The notes: generated by a model not told the origin, from the sequence alone. A DNA stretch of 64,000 bases from an uncultured Rhizobium sp. (GCA_964415065.1 CAYPYX010000010.1:864-64863); one strand, 5' to 3'; positions 35,544 to 45,738 are shown, numbered from the stretch's first letter. Numbers and translations are program-made.

Positions 35544-37011
35544 TAAAAGAACCATATTCCATTTAATCCTGATTGCCTTTTTAGGGGTCTTTGCCGAAAA
35601 TTTGAATGCAGAAACTCGAGTTTCCAACATATCTCCTGCTAATTCAAAGTCACCCTATCCAACGTTGAATTTTACATTTTTGAATCAAACTTGGTTGCGC
35701 TTTTCTCAAAATAATGAAGGAACACTTCGTCTGGGAGAATCGGCCTTGAACACTTTAGACATTGGGTTGAGAAGAACACGTTTCCAGTTGTTCGGAAATG
35801 TACATCCTCGGGTTTTTTATTATTTGCAAGTGGGACAAAATAATTTCAATTCCATGTATAACATTGGAAGTAATCGTAAAAATGCTGTTTTTATTCATGA
35901 CGCAATTACAGAGTACCAAGTTACCCAAACCAATGCACTGAAAATAGGTGGTGGATTGGGAATTGCCAACGGTTTGTCGCGCTTTTCTCAGCCGTCTATA
36001 GGTACGATTGCAACCATGGATGTCCCCGTTTTTGCCCAAGCTACCGTAGATCAAATCGATCAATTTTCCCGAAAATTGAGTGTGTACGCTCGTGGTCAAT
36101 TGGGTAAATTTGATTACCGTTTTGTTCTCAGCGATCCTTTTCCTATTAGCAGTAATGGTTCAACCTTACCTTCAATTTCTAAAAATGCTCAGTTCAGTCC
36201 CCTAAAACACCAAAAACAACTTCAAACCTACTTGATGTATCAGTTTTTTGATCAGGAGGGACATACAACGCCCTATATGACTGGTAATTATTTGGGAACG
36301 AAGAAAGTGTGGAACATCGCTTTTGGGGCGATTTATCAACCCGATGCAATGTATCGCTTGGGGAACTTTGGAGACACAATTTTTGAGGATATGAAGCTAT
36401 TTTGTGTGGAATCATTTATGGACATACCCATGAATAATCAGTCAGCATTACATGCATATTTGGGGTATTTTAATTTAAATTATGGTTCGAATTATTTGAG
36501 AATGAATGGGATTATGAACCCTGCAAATTCGTCGAACTTAGTTGGGTTGACGAAGGATGTGGGGCCTCAATATGGAAATAGTTTGCCTATGTTTGGTACG
36601 GGACAATCCATCTATTCGGAAGTACATTATTTACTTCCCCAAAGAAGCAAAAGGATAGAAGTTTCGAATGTGGTTTCTTCTTCAAAAGATGTGCCTGCCA
36701 CAGCGGGAAATAAAGATGTATCTTCTTCAACAAATGCAGGAGCTGCGGCAAATTCAGCAACTGCTTCACATGCAATTGTCCCAACGCGATATGGGGTTTA
36801 TGCATCCGTTAATTGGTCAAAATACGATCGGTTGAATTCCGTTTCAACTCTTGAAAGTCATGTAGGATTAAATTGTTTTATACAAGGCCACCAAGGAAAG
36901 TTAAGTTTGGATGTAGCCAATCGTCCACAAGTTTTGGTTTTCAATAATTCAATTGATCGAGGTTCCAATTTATGGCAAGCCGTTCTGCAATACCAGATTT
37001 TTTTGAATTAA
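35503..37011 (+). CDS. Putative outer-membrane porin
   Basis: The likely start is ATG 35536 (MLSKRTIFHLILIAFLGVFAENLNA signal peptide). Alternating beta-strand composition throughout and a C-terminal ...VLQYQIFLN. The porin role is inferred, not matched to a family. Confidence 0.65.
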   Translation: MMKTTEINFIKMLSKRTIFHLILIAFLGVFAENLNAETRVSNISPANSKSPYPTLNFTFLNQTWLRFSQNNEGTLRLGESALNTLDIGLRRTRFQLFGNVHPRVFYYLQVGQNNFNSMYNIGSNRKNAVFIHDAITEYQVTQTNALKIGGGLGIANGLSRFSQPSIGTIATMDVPVFAQATVDQIDQFSRKLSVYARGQLGKFDYRFVLSDPFPISSNGSTLPSISKNAQFSPLKHQKQLQTYLMYQFFDQEGHTTPYMTGNYLGTKKVWNIAFGAIYQPDAMYRLGNFGDTIFEDMKLFCVESFMDIPMNNQSALHAYLGYFNLNYGSNYLRMNGIMNPANSSNLVGLTKDVGPQYGNSLPMFGTGQSIYSEVHYLLPQRSKRIEVSNVVSSSKDVPATAGNKDVSSSTNAGAAANSATASHAIVPTRYGVYASVNWSKYDRLNSVSTLESHVGLNCFIQGHQGKLSLDVANRPQVLVFNNSIDRGSNLWQAVLQYQIFLN

Positions 37012-37036
37012 ATTGATTAAAACAATAAATGTGTTA

Positions 37037-37067
37037 ATGTGAACTCTCGTTATTTGAGAGTTCACAT
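37037..37067. terminator. Hairpin between convergent genes (putative bidirectional terminator)
   Basis: Perfect 12-bp stem atgtgaactctc / gagagttcacat with loop gttattt. Confidence 0.55.
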
Positions 37068-37085
37068 TTGACACCAATCATTTTA

Positions 37086-39158
37086 TTAGTGATATTCCTT
37101 GTTTTGAAGGTATTTGTATATTTCTAATTGTGATCTAAACTCTACGGATTCTATAGATTCCGGAGTGAAGTATTCATTATTTTGAATGTTATTTAGAACA
37201 CGTGCCTTAACATTTTCTTTAAGTTGAATCTCCATTATGTCGATTAGCTCTTGTGAAAATGTTTTTGAAACGATTGGACAAGTCACCTCAACACGATGAT
37301 CGAGATTTCGAACCATCCAATCAGCCGAAGATATGTAAACGATGGGATCGTTATTGTTATTGAAAATAATTACTCGGGCATGTTCTAAATATTCGTCAAC
37401 AATGCTGATGCCTCGAATGTCTTTCTTAAATGCTTTTTGATGCGTCGTGGCCGTGCAAATTCCGCGAACAACCATATCGACTTGCACTCCACTTCGAGCC
37501 GCTTTATAGAGAGATTCAATTAGAGTTGGGTCAACCAATGAATTTAATTTTACTAAAATTCTTCGTTGGCTCTTTCTGCGTTTTATTTCTTTTTCGATTT
37601 GTTGAATGAAATGATTTCGGGTATTAAAAGGGCTTGTAATTAGTGTTTTACACGATTTTATTTTATCGAGGGATGGGTGTTCTGATTCTAAGCAATCGAA
37701 GATCTTATTAATATCCTGAATTATGGACGATTTGGAGGTCATCAACATGTGGTCGCCGTACAATTGTGCAGTACCTTCATGAAAATTACCGGTAGAAATA
37801 AATGCATATTGTAAGGTTTTATTGAATTCACGTTTTTTAATCACGCATAATTTGGCATGAACTTTCATGTTGGGTACTCCAACGTAAACTTTAATACCTT
37901 CTTCTTCTAATATACTCTTCCATTTTAAATTGGCTTCTTCATCAAAACGTGCTTTTAATTCAATAACAACTGATACCGTTTTGCCATTGCGAACGGCATT
38001 AAGAAGTGCATTAATTACTTTGGAATTCTTAGCCAGACGGTATACGGTAATTCGAATGCTTTGAACAAACGGATCAATGGCAGCTTCCCTCAATAAATCG
38101 ATCACAGAATCAAAACTGTGATAAGGGAAATGCAGCATAACGTCCCGATTTTGAATCACATCCATAATTCTGCAGGGTTGTTTTAATAATGGATGCACAA
38201 AAGGTTTAGGACGGTATTTTATATCGTGAAATACCTCTTTGGGGAAATCCATAAACGCTTTGAAATTATGAATTCTTCCTCCCGCAATGAGGTCAGCTTT
38301 TTTATCGAGATTCAGTCTGCGCGTAAGGTAATCCAATAATTGGGGGTCGATTCGTTTGTCGTATACGAAACGCGTGGCTTTCCCTTTACTACGTTTCTTT
38401 AAATTCTTTTCTAATTCGGTAATAATGTTTGAATTGAAGCCGTTGTCTAAGTCCATTTCAGCATCTCGAGTCAATTTAATTACGTGACTTTTAAAGCGAT
38501 CAAATCCAAACGGAGCAAACAAGAATTTTAAATTATAGCGAATAACATCCTCCAACATAATGATATGTGTTTCATTTTTGGGGGATGGAAGTATGATGAA
38601 TCGAGGAATATGTTGCTCTGGAACTTCAATGAGTGCATATCGTTGCAACATAGGATTGTTGGTGTTGCCAAGTAAACATGCTAAATAAATTGAACGGTCG
38701 CGCAACATTGGAGCATGTGGCATACTTTCGATCATTAAGGGAACAATTTGGCTACGAACTCGTTCTTCAAAGTAATTCTCAACCCATGTTTTTTGATCTT
38801 TGCTTAATTCTCGTTCATTTTTTAGGTAAATTTTATATTTAGTACCTAATTCTCGGATGATTTGTGCAAACGTTTTGTCGAAAGCACTTTGAAGTTTAAT
38901 GACTTCTTCGTGAATTTGGCTTAAAATGCGTTCTGGATTTTCTTCTAAATGAATTTTAGCAGTTTGTTTGTTGAGCTTAACCATTTTGTTCAGAGTTCCA
39001 ACACGAACGCGGAAAAACTCATCTAAGTTATTGGAGAATATCCCTAAAAAACGCAATCTGTTATACAAGTGAACTTCATTATCCTGCGCCTCTTGCATTA
39101 CTCTCTGGTTAAACGATAACCAACTTATGTCCCGAATGATTTTTTTCACTGCATGCAA
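37086..39158 (-). CDS. ppk: Polyphosphate kinase 1
   Basis: RDISWLSFNQRVMQEA, NRLRFLGIFSNNLDEFFRVRV and two PLD-like HxK motifs (VHAKLCVI; EHARVIIF). 690 aa. Confidence 0.96.
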   Translation of the reverse strand: MHAVKKIIRDISWLSFNQRVMQEAQDNEVHLYNRLRFLGIFSNNLDEFFRVRVGTLNKMVKLNKQTAKIHLEENPERILSQIHEEVIKLQSAFDKTFAQIIRELGTKYKIYLKNERELSKDQKTWVENYFEERVRSQIVPLMIESMPHAPMLRDRSIYLACLLGNTNNPMLQRYALIEVPEQHIPRFIILPSPKNETHIIMLEDVIRYNLKFLFAPFGFDRFKSHVIKLTRDAEMDLDNGFNSNIITELEKNLKKRSKGKATRFVYDKRIDPQLLDYLTRRLNLDKKADLIAGGRIHNFKAFMDFPKEVFHDIKYRPKPFVHPLLKQPCRIMDVIQNRDVMLHFPYHSFDSVIDLLREAAIDPFVQSIRITVYRLAKNSKVINALLNAVRNGKTVSVVIELKARFDEEANLKWKSILEEEGIKVYVGVPNMKVHAKLCVIKKREFNKTLQYAFISTGNFHEGTAQLYGDHMLMTSKSSIIQDINKIFDCLESEHPSLDKIKSCKTLITSPFNTRNHFIQQIEKEIKRRKSQRRILVKLNSLVDPTLIESLYKAARSGVQVDMVVRGICTATTHQKAFKKDIRGISIVDEYLEHARVIIFNNNNDPIVYISSADWMVRNLDHRVEVTCPIVSKTFSQELIDIMEIQLKENVKARVLNNIQNNEYFTPESIESVEFRSQLEIYKYLQNKEYH

Positions 39159-39310
39159 AATTATTGATGTAAATTTAATACTTGTATTAACTGTGTGTTA
39201 AAGTAATGTTTTGGAGGTGAAAAGAATTGAGGTGTGGCTTGGTTAAACTAATTTAGTATAATTTATGTCTAGGAGTCGGGTTTTGGGTGAATAGTGAGTC
39301 TGAAATGCTT

Positions 39311-39340
39311 AAAATAAAAAAGGCCACCTCCCCGTGGCCC
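39311..39340 (-). terminator. Rho-independent terminator after the TonB-dependent receptor gene
   Basis: Stem ggccac / gtggcc with loop ctcccc. An A-run on the plus strand gives TTTTTATTTT on the minus strand. Confidence 0.7.
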
Positions 39341-39371
39341 TTTTAATCATTCTCTCTATTAAGCGATCAAC

Positions 39372-42300
39372 TTACAAACTGTAAGAGAATTTCACGGAAA
39401 TGTTGGTGCCAGGATTCAATCGTGTAAAATACTGATTCTGAGCATTGAATGAACTGAATATTTGTTCTCTCTTGTCGTTCAATAAATTACTTACTTTAAC
39501 ACCTAAATCCATTTTGTTCTGTGGACCAAATTTGATGTTGGCATTGAAATTTAAACTATGAAAAGGTACACTGTAAACGTCTGTGTTGTTAGAAAATCCG
39601 ACAAATTGCAGGGTTGGACCTTGAACGTTGTAAAACATACCCGCATCCACAGTTTTCTTTTTGTTGGTGTAAGATAATCCTCCATTGATAATGTAAGGAG
39701 CTTGTCCAGCCATAGCGCGATTTCTATCGATAATTTGACCAGTACGAGCACTGTTTTTTCTGGATAAGTATTCTGATTCGGTGATGTTAATGCGAGATTC
39801 AGTGATGGTTAAATTGGTATTAAATGACCATTGTTTAAGAATATCGCTGATGATCGATAATTGTTGACGCAATTCAAATTCTGCACCCAGTATTGTTGCA
39901 TTACCTACATTTCGCGGTTGAAAACTTCCCGCATCTGCCAAAAACTGCACAATTTCGATTGGGTCTTTTAATGTTTTATAAAATACACCTGCAGAAATCA
40001 TGTTTCCTGATTTTTGGAAACTTTCCCAACGAATGTCAAAATTATTGATATGAGTAGATCTCAAGTCACCATTCCATAATGTATCTTTCCCTCCATTGGT
40101 TGTTTCTACTGCCTTTCCACCGATGAAAGTTCTACCCGTGATTGGGTCGAGTATTTCAGCATACGACATCTCTTTTAACGATGGACGAGCAATGGTTCGA
40201 GCATACGAAATACGTATGTTAGCATTTTTAGAGATGCTATACATAGCGTTAGCAGTTGGAAACAAGTTAACATCGTTGATTACTCTTTCATTTTGGTAAT
40301 CAATGGTTTTTAATTGATTGATCCCTGTGTAAAGTTGTGTGTATTGCTCTGCTCTTAATCCAACAACAGTTTTCAATAAAGGTGAAATTTGAACTTCTTG
40401 AGTAGCGTATGCGGCGCTGTAATGTACTTGAGATTGGAACTTGTTAGGATTAACCACTTGTCCATTTTTGATGAACATGGCATCATATCTCACACCATTT
40501 TTATTGGTTGAAGACACCAAATTGGATTCGTTAAATATTTCATTGGGATCTCCAGAAAATTTGGTATCACCAACCGTAACTTGAAAGTTGCGAATATCAA
40601 AACTTCTGTTTTTGTAGGTATATGCTAAGCCCATACCTAATTTGCCTTTTTTACCTAATAAGCGTACTTCTTTAGAAACATCCAAACGATTTGCAACATT
40701 GTATTCGGTAAGATCTCTCCAGATACGTTCTGGTTTACCCACCTCAGTTGAAATAACATTGTCGGGATCTCTGAATCGAGTAAAGCGAATATCGGGATCC
40801 GAAATGTTAGAACGTGTTGGAGCAATTTTCCAATCAATTTTAGTTTTTCCTTTATTGCGGGAATGAGTACCTGCAATTAATATGTTGGTTAGGCTTCTTT
40901 GATTGTATTCCAAATTGTTTTGATTGGCCTCCCAGTTTGCACCTAAATTCGTATTTCTGAAGTAAAATTGACCCGCTTTAGACTCTCCATTTTGAATGTG
41001 TAGGACGTTCAATCTGTATTTATCATTATTTGATTTTAAAGCCAAACCACCCAAAGCACCTAATAAAACATTATTGCTTCCATAATTTCCTGTTTGACGC
41101 TCTAAGGCAGTTAATTCCATGTTTTCCGGATTGGGATCCTTAGCGTATAAATTAAATTCTGCACCTTCGTAAAACTCCGTTTCATTTTTGTAAGTCAACG
41201 ATGCTTGATATCCTAACGTGTATTTTTTGTTCAATTTCTTCTGATTCGCGTAAGAAATTCCCATGCTTAAATTCAAGAAACTGGTTTTTTGCTCAGCTCC
41301 CATAGTCGGGTTGAACTTCCTAGTGATTGCCTGAAATTCTTGTCCTTTAGTTCCATTAGGATTAATTAAAAAATCCGTGTAAGAAGGTATTTGGCTATTG
41401 TTGTCTGTGGGAATGTCGCGACTTCCATTATCAAATCCCAAAAAGTCAGTAGAGCTTCCTTTATAGGTTAAATAATTGGATTTTAAGTTCATGTTGGGAT
41501 TGTATCCCAATCCAAAATTTACACTCCAGTTCCTTTTTTCGGGAAAGTCTTTTGTTGCAATATCCACAACGCCACCAGTGAAATCCGCTGGTAAGTCAGC
41601 CGTAAACGTTTTAGATACTACAATATTGTCGATTACATTGGTCGGAAATAAATCCATTTGTATCGTATTTCTATCAGGATCCAAACCGGGTATATCTACT
41701 CCGTTTAACGTAGTTTTTGTATAACGATCACCCAATCCACGTACAAATACGTATTTACCTCCTTCAACAGATACTCCAGTAACACGCGACATAGCAGAAG
41801 CGGCATCACCATCGCCAATGCGTTTGAAGTTGGCTGCAGAAATACCGTCAATCATATTCGGAGCAATTTTCTTAGCTGTTAAAAGTGCTTCTTCATTATT
41901 TTTTACGGATTTAACGGAGATTTTTACTTCTTCCATTCCCTCAACGGCTGATTCAAGCTTAATATCGCCTAGGGGATTGGTTTCATTTGGACTGATGGTT
42001 ATATCAGTAATTGAAATTGTATTGAAACCTTCCGCTGAAACTCTGAGCGTATATGAACCAGGAGTTGCTTGGATTTCGAATTTGCCATCTAGGTCGGAAG
42101 TGGTTTTTATTGTTTTTTCGGGAGATGGTATTTCAGATCTAACGGATTCTGAACTTTCAGAATTGGAATTGGATACGGGAATAAGTTCAACTTCGGCATT
42201 TTGAACTTTTTTAGCAGTTGTGCTTTCGATAATTCGCCCACGGATAATTCCATTCTTGAGATTTTCAGCCAGGTTTAATGGGGAATTTGTTGTGTTTTCA

Positions 42301-42395
42301 GTTGAAATAGCGTTGGAGGATTGTGCTGAAATTCTATTTTGAACTGAACTTGCCAAGGTTAACAAGGCTAATGTGATAATTCTATTGGTTTGCAT
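39372..42395 (-). CDS. TonB-dependent receptor with an N-terminal carboxypeptidase-regulatory-like domain
   Basis: Signal peptide, GIIRGRIIES...AEVELIP CarboxypepD_reg-like segment, plug region VSVEGGKYVFVRGLGDRYTKTTLNG, and terminal ...NISVKFSYSL. Confidence 0.93.
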   Translation of the reverse strand: MQTNRIITLALLTLASSVQNRISAQSSNAISTENTTNSPLNLAENLKNGIIRGRIIESTTAKKVQNAEVELIPVSNSNSESSESVRSEIPSPEKTIKTTSDLDGKFEIQATPGSYTLRVSAEGFNTISITDITISPNETNPLGDIKLESAVEGMEEVKISVKSVKNNEEALLTAKKIAPNMIDGISAANFKRIGDGDAASAMSRVTGVSVEGGKYVFVRGLGDRYTKTTLNGVDIPGLDPDRNTIQMDLFPTNVIDNIVVSKTFTADLPADFTGGVVDIATKDFPEKRNWSVNFGLGYNPNMNLKSNYLTYKGSSTDFLGFDNGSRDIPTDNNSQIPSYTDFLINPNGTKGQEFQAITRKFNPTMGAEQKTSFLNLSMGISYANQKKLNKKYTLGYQASLTYKNETEFYEGAEFNLYAKDPNPENMELTALERQTGNYGSNNVLLGALGGLALKSNNDKYRLNVLHIQNGESKAGQFYFRNTNLGANWEANQNNLEYNQRSLTNILIAGTHSRNKGKTKIDWKIAPTRSNISDPDIRFTRFRDPDNVISTEVGKPERIWRDLTEYNVANRLDVSKEVRLLGKKGKLGMGLAYTYKNRSFDIRNFQVTVGDTKFSGDPNEIFNESNLVSSTNKNGVRYDAMFIKNGQVVNPNKFQSQVHYSAAYATQEVQISPLLKTVVGLRAEQYTQLYTGINQLKTIDYQNERVINDVNLFPTANAMYSISKNANIRISYARTIARPSLKEMSYAEILDPITGRTFIGGKAVETTNGGKDTLWNGDLRSTHINNFDIRWESFQKSGNMISAGVFYKTLKDPIEIVQFLADAGSFQPRNVGNATILGAEFELRQQLSIISDILKQWSFNTNLTITESRINITESEYLSRKNSARTGQIIDRNRAMAGQAPYIINGGLSYTNKKKTVDAGMFYNVQGPTLQFVGFSNNTDVYSVPFHSLNFNANIKFGPQNKMDLGVKVSNLLNDKREQIFSSFNAQNQYFTRLNPGTNISVKFSYSL

Positions 42396-42469
42396 TATTT
42401 GATCGCTTTTTTAGGGGAGGAAAGAGAAATTTTATCTAGTGATATGAATAATGGGAGAGTTAGAAATAC

Positions 42470-42502
42470 CCCAAAGCAGCAAGTAAAACTCGCTGCTTTG
42501 GG
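42470..42502 (-). terminator. Intergenic hairpin between the lipoprotein and receptor genes
   Basis: 11-bp stem cccaaagcagc / gctgctttggg. The T-run on the minus strand is weak, so it may be an RNA-processing or attenuation element instead. Confidence 0.4.
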
Positions 42503-42562
42503 ATGTTTCATTATTATTTATTTCTAATCAATTTTGTTGACAACAATGAAAATAAATGAAAA

Positions 42563-43777
42563 TTAAGGTACTAAGTTGCCTGCTTTTTCTGTCCAAGACC
42601 AACCAGTGAACGCGCTCAACGTTGCACCAACTGTGTTAGAACCAGCGTTAACCGCTTTAGCATGTGCATCTGTTCCACTTTTGAAAATCTTGGTTAGGTC
42701 AGTCAACGTAGTAGTTACTTCTAGGTTTGCAAATTTCAATGTACCAGCGGTGAAGTTAGGTGCAGTTGCTGCATCCAAGCTGAAATCACCACGTCCATCT
42801 GTTGCAGGATCGGGGAATCCAAAGAAGTAAATATTTTCAAAAGTACCTTGAGCATTTGAACGGAAATCTGCTAATTCAGCAACAGAAGATCCTTTAACCC
42901 AACCATTTTTAACGGTGTGAGCTGCAATCATTGATCCTTCTGGACCGTCGATTTCTAAAGCGTGATCTGTGTTAGGTCCACATACTACTACGAAGTTATC
43001 CAAAGTACCAGCCCAAGCTTGGTCTGTATCGATTGCATCGTCGCCAGCATTCCAAACAACTGCATTTTTAACACTTACAGTTCCACCAAAGAACTCGATT
43101 CCATCGTCTTGGTTTCCGATAACTTCAACATTTTCGATAACAGTACCTGAACCAACACCACCCAAAGTGATACCGTTGATTTCGTTACCTTCACCGATAT
43201 TAGCACCACCGTGACGAACAGATACGTATTTTATCACACCTGAGTTGTCGTCAGAAACGTTTCCACCATAGAAACCGTTAGGATCTGTTGGAGGAATACC
43301 TTCGATTACCGTTTCAGTGATATCACCTTTCAAAGAAGCAGGAGCTTTTCCTAAGATGATTAAACCACCCCACAAACCGTCAAATCCAGCATCTAAGTTT
43401 GGAGAAGAAATTTCACCAGATTTTATTTCGTCAGCAACGGAAGTGAAAATAATCGGAGCTGAAGCAGTTCCTTCTGCCATCAATTTAGCACCACGAGCAA
43501 TGATTAACGCAGTTGCGTTAGCACCTGTACCTGCTTGAGCTTTGATAACCGTACCTGGTTCAATGGTTAAGGTTGCACCGCTAGTTACAGCAATACGGCC
43601 AGCAAGAACGTAGTTCTTGTCTTTTGTCCAAGTAGTGTTTGATGTGATGTTCGCACTGATGATTACATCCGACGAGTTGTTGTTGTTGTTGTTTGTTGGT
43701 TCATCAGAACATGCTCCGAAGAACAAAGTAGCAGAAGTCATTGCAACGGCTACCAAAATTGAATTGAATTTTTTCAT
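42563..43777 (-). CDS. Surface lipoprotein with beta-helix-like repeats, partner of the TonB-dependent receptor
   Basis: Lipobox LFFGAC then SDEPTNNNNNNSS linker. Repeated G-x-G/N-rich beta segments. Sits upstream of and co-oriented with the receptor. Not SusD-like. Confidence 0.78.
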   Translation of the reverse strand: MKKFNSILVAVAMTSATLFFGACSDEPTNNNNNNSSDVIISANITSNTTWTKDKNYVLAGRIAVTSGATLTIEPGTVIKAQAGTGANATALIIARGAKLMAEGTASAPIIFTSVADEIKSGEISSPNLDAGFDGLWGGLIILGKAPASLKGDITETVIEGIPPTDPNGFYGGNVSDDNSGVIKYVSVRHGGANIGEGNEINGITLGGVGSGTVIENVEVIGNQDDGIEFFGGTVSVKNAVVWNAGDDAIDTDQAWAGTLDNFVVVCGPNTDHALEIDGPEGSMIAAHTVKNGWVKGSSVAELADFRSNAQGTFENIYFFGFPDPATDGRGDFSLDAATAPNFTAGTLKFANLEVTTTLTDLTKIFKSGTDAHAKAVNAGSNTVGATLSAFTGWSWTEKAGNLVP

Positions 43778-44061
43778 AGAGTTTGTTTCTATTTCCTACT
43801 GCAAAGGACATATAGCTACATTAACTCAATGTTAACCGGGTATTATTTTGAATTTTTATTTATGTGTTTTATGTTAACTATAAATTAACACTAGAGAAAG
43901 ATTGATTTTTTAAAATGTTAAAAATCAATTAAATAATTATTTATTGAGATTGAATCGAGTGTATTGCAATTGTAAATTTCATGTTTAATTTGAGTTGTTG
44001 ATTAGATTTAGAATCAAACTACAATTGACATTTTGATGACAATGAGTTAATCTTAGCGCCA

Positions 44062-44844
44062 TTAGCTCATACCAAAACCTACAGTTGGCATACTTTGGAC
44101 TTCGGCGGTAACTTTTTGTTCCGGTTGAATAAATGCAGCTGAAGTTGCTGCACCAGCCAAAACGTAGTATCCTTTTTTCAGGGGGATGTTAAATTGTTGT
44201 GCAAGTCGAGTTGCTGCGGCAAGTGATCTCCAAGGATTGTCTAAAATATCGTTGGAATTCCCTTTTTCAACGGATTCTCCATTAATCTTCAATTCAATCG
44301 GTAGATTCAATAATGGTGTACTTGGGTCAAGTTTTACACCAATACAAAAACCGGCTGAAGAACAATTGTCGGCAACCACATCTTCTAATGAGAATTTGAA
44401 GTTTTTATATCGCGAATCAATCAACTCAATTGCTGGACAAACAGCTTCAACATAATTTTTCACCTCATCTTCGGAAAGAACCGAATTAATGTCCTCCGAT
44501 AAAATGAAACAAATTTCGGGCTCCACTCTGGGATGAATGAATTGGCTACGTTGGATGGTTTGACCTTCATTGATCCACATATCTTGGGTTAAAATACCAA
44601 TAATCATATCGCTAACACCCATTTGCTGCATTTTGGCTTCGGAAGTAAAGCCCATCTTTACTCCAATTATTGGAGAGCCAGAATCCACTCGATGTTGAAT
44701 TAAATTCTGCTGGATTTGATATGCTTCAGTAAGCGTAATCGCTTGATTTGAAGAAATTTGATTTATAGGTTCTGCTTGTGTTGCTGCTTGATGTAAGCTG
44801 TTTGCCAATTCAGAAATCTTGCTGATATTAGAATTATTAGTCAC
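44062..44844 (-). CDS. 2-oxopent-4-enoate hydratase / 4-oxalocrotonate decarboxylase family protein
   Basis: LTEAYQIQQNLIQHRVDSGSPIIGVKMGFTSEAKMQQMG...HPRVEPEICFIL. The track ORF extends to 44976 but that N-terminus has no homology-like features. An in-frame GTG at 44844 (VTNNSNISKISELA) gives about 260 aa and removes the divergent overlap. Confidence 0.82.
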   Translation of the reverse strand: MTNNSNISKISELANSLHQAATQAEPINQISSNQAITLTEAYQIQQNLIQHRVDSGSPIIGVKMGFTSEAKMQQMGVSDMIIGILTQDMWINEGQTIQRSQFIHPRVEPEICFILSEDINSVLSEDEVKNYVEAVCPAIELIDSRYKNFKFSLEDVVADNCSSAGFCIGVKLDPSTPLLNLPIELKINGESVEKGNSNDILDNPWRSLAAATRLAQQFNIPLKKGYYVLAGAATSAAFIQPEQKVTAEVQSMPTVGFGMS

Positions 44845-44946
44845 ACAACAAAATTCGGTATTTTTGGCGAATTGCGATGAATATCCTGAGATATTCGTTG
44901 AAGATACTCCTTGAGAGTTCGTATTTTTGAAGTGAATTTCAAGAAT

Positions 44947-45738
44947 ATGAACCAAACAAGCACTGTAATAGAACAAGCAGCTAATTTACTACAACAATCA
45001 CATGAAGCCAAAGTTCCATGCGCTCCTATAAGAGAGCTTATTGGAGAAACAGATCTTGCAACAGCTTATGCAATACAAGACTATAATGTTGAAAAGGAAC
45101 TGGCAAAAGGACGTTCTATTTCGGGTTTAAAAATTGGATTGACCTCTTTCGCAGTTCAAAAACAGTTAGGTGTGGATCAACCCGATTATGGCGTGATTTG
45201 GGCGGATACTGAAGTTAAAAATTTCGGAAATGTTGCATGGCAAGAATTATTACAGCCCAAAGCTGAAGCAGAAATTGCTTTTTTACTAGGACAAGATATC
45301 CCCCAAAAACTCGAAAATACAGCAGAGCTTTTGCCTTATTTAGAAGGTATGTGCGCTGCCATTGAGATTGTTGGTTCTCGAGTAGAGAATTGGAATATTC
45401 GGATAACAGACACAGTGGCTGATAATGCATCTGCGAGTCACTACGTATTGGAAAATCAATGGCGATCACTTCAGGGTTTTGATTTTGAGGGATGCAAAAT
45501 GCAGTTATTTAAGAATAACGAAGTTGTTTCAACAGGGCAAGGTTCGGCATGTATGGGAAATCCATTAAATGCGGTTTTGTGGTTAGTTAATACTATGGTT
45601 GAATTGAATCGACCGCTGAAAAAAGGGTATGTTTTATTGTCTGGAGCGCTTGGACCTATGGCCCCTATGCAGCCCGATGACGAGTTTCGAGCTGAAATTG
45701 AAGGTTTGGGGGAAGTGGGTTTTTCGGTAAAAAAATAA
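44947..45738 (+). CDS. 2-keto-4-pentenoate hydratase (MhpD/DmpE-like)
   Basis: AYAIQDYNVEKELAKGRSISGLKIGLTSFAVQKQLGVDQPDYGVIW...PKAEAEIAFLL. ATG at 44947 (MNQTSTVIEQAANLL). Confidence 0.87.
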   Translation: MNQTSTVIEQAANLLQQSHEAKVPCAPIRELIGETDLATAYAIQDYNVEKELAKGRSISGLKIGLTSFAVQKQLGVDQPDYGVIWADTEVKNFGNVAWQELLQPKAEAEIAFLLGQDIPQKLENTAELLPYLEGMCAAIEIVGSRVENWNIRITDTVADNASASHYVLENQWRSLQGFDFEGCKMQLFKNNEVVSTGQGSACMGNPLNAVLWLVNTMVELNRPLKKGYVLLSGALGPMAPMQPDDEFRAEIEGLGEVGFSVKK

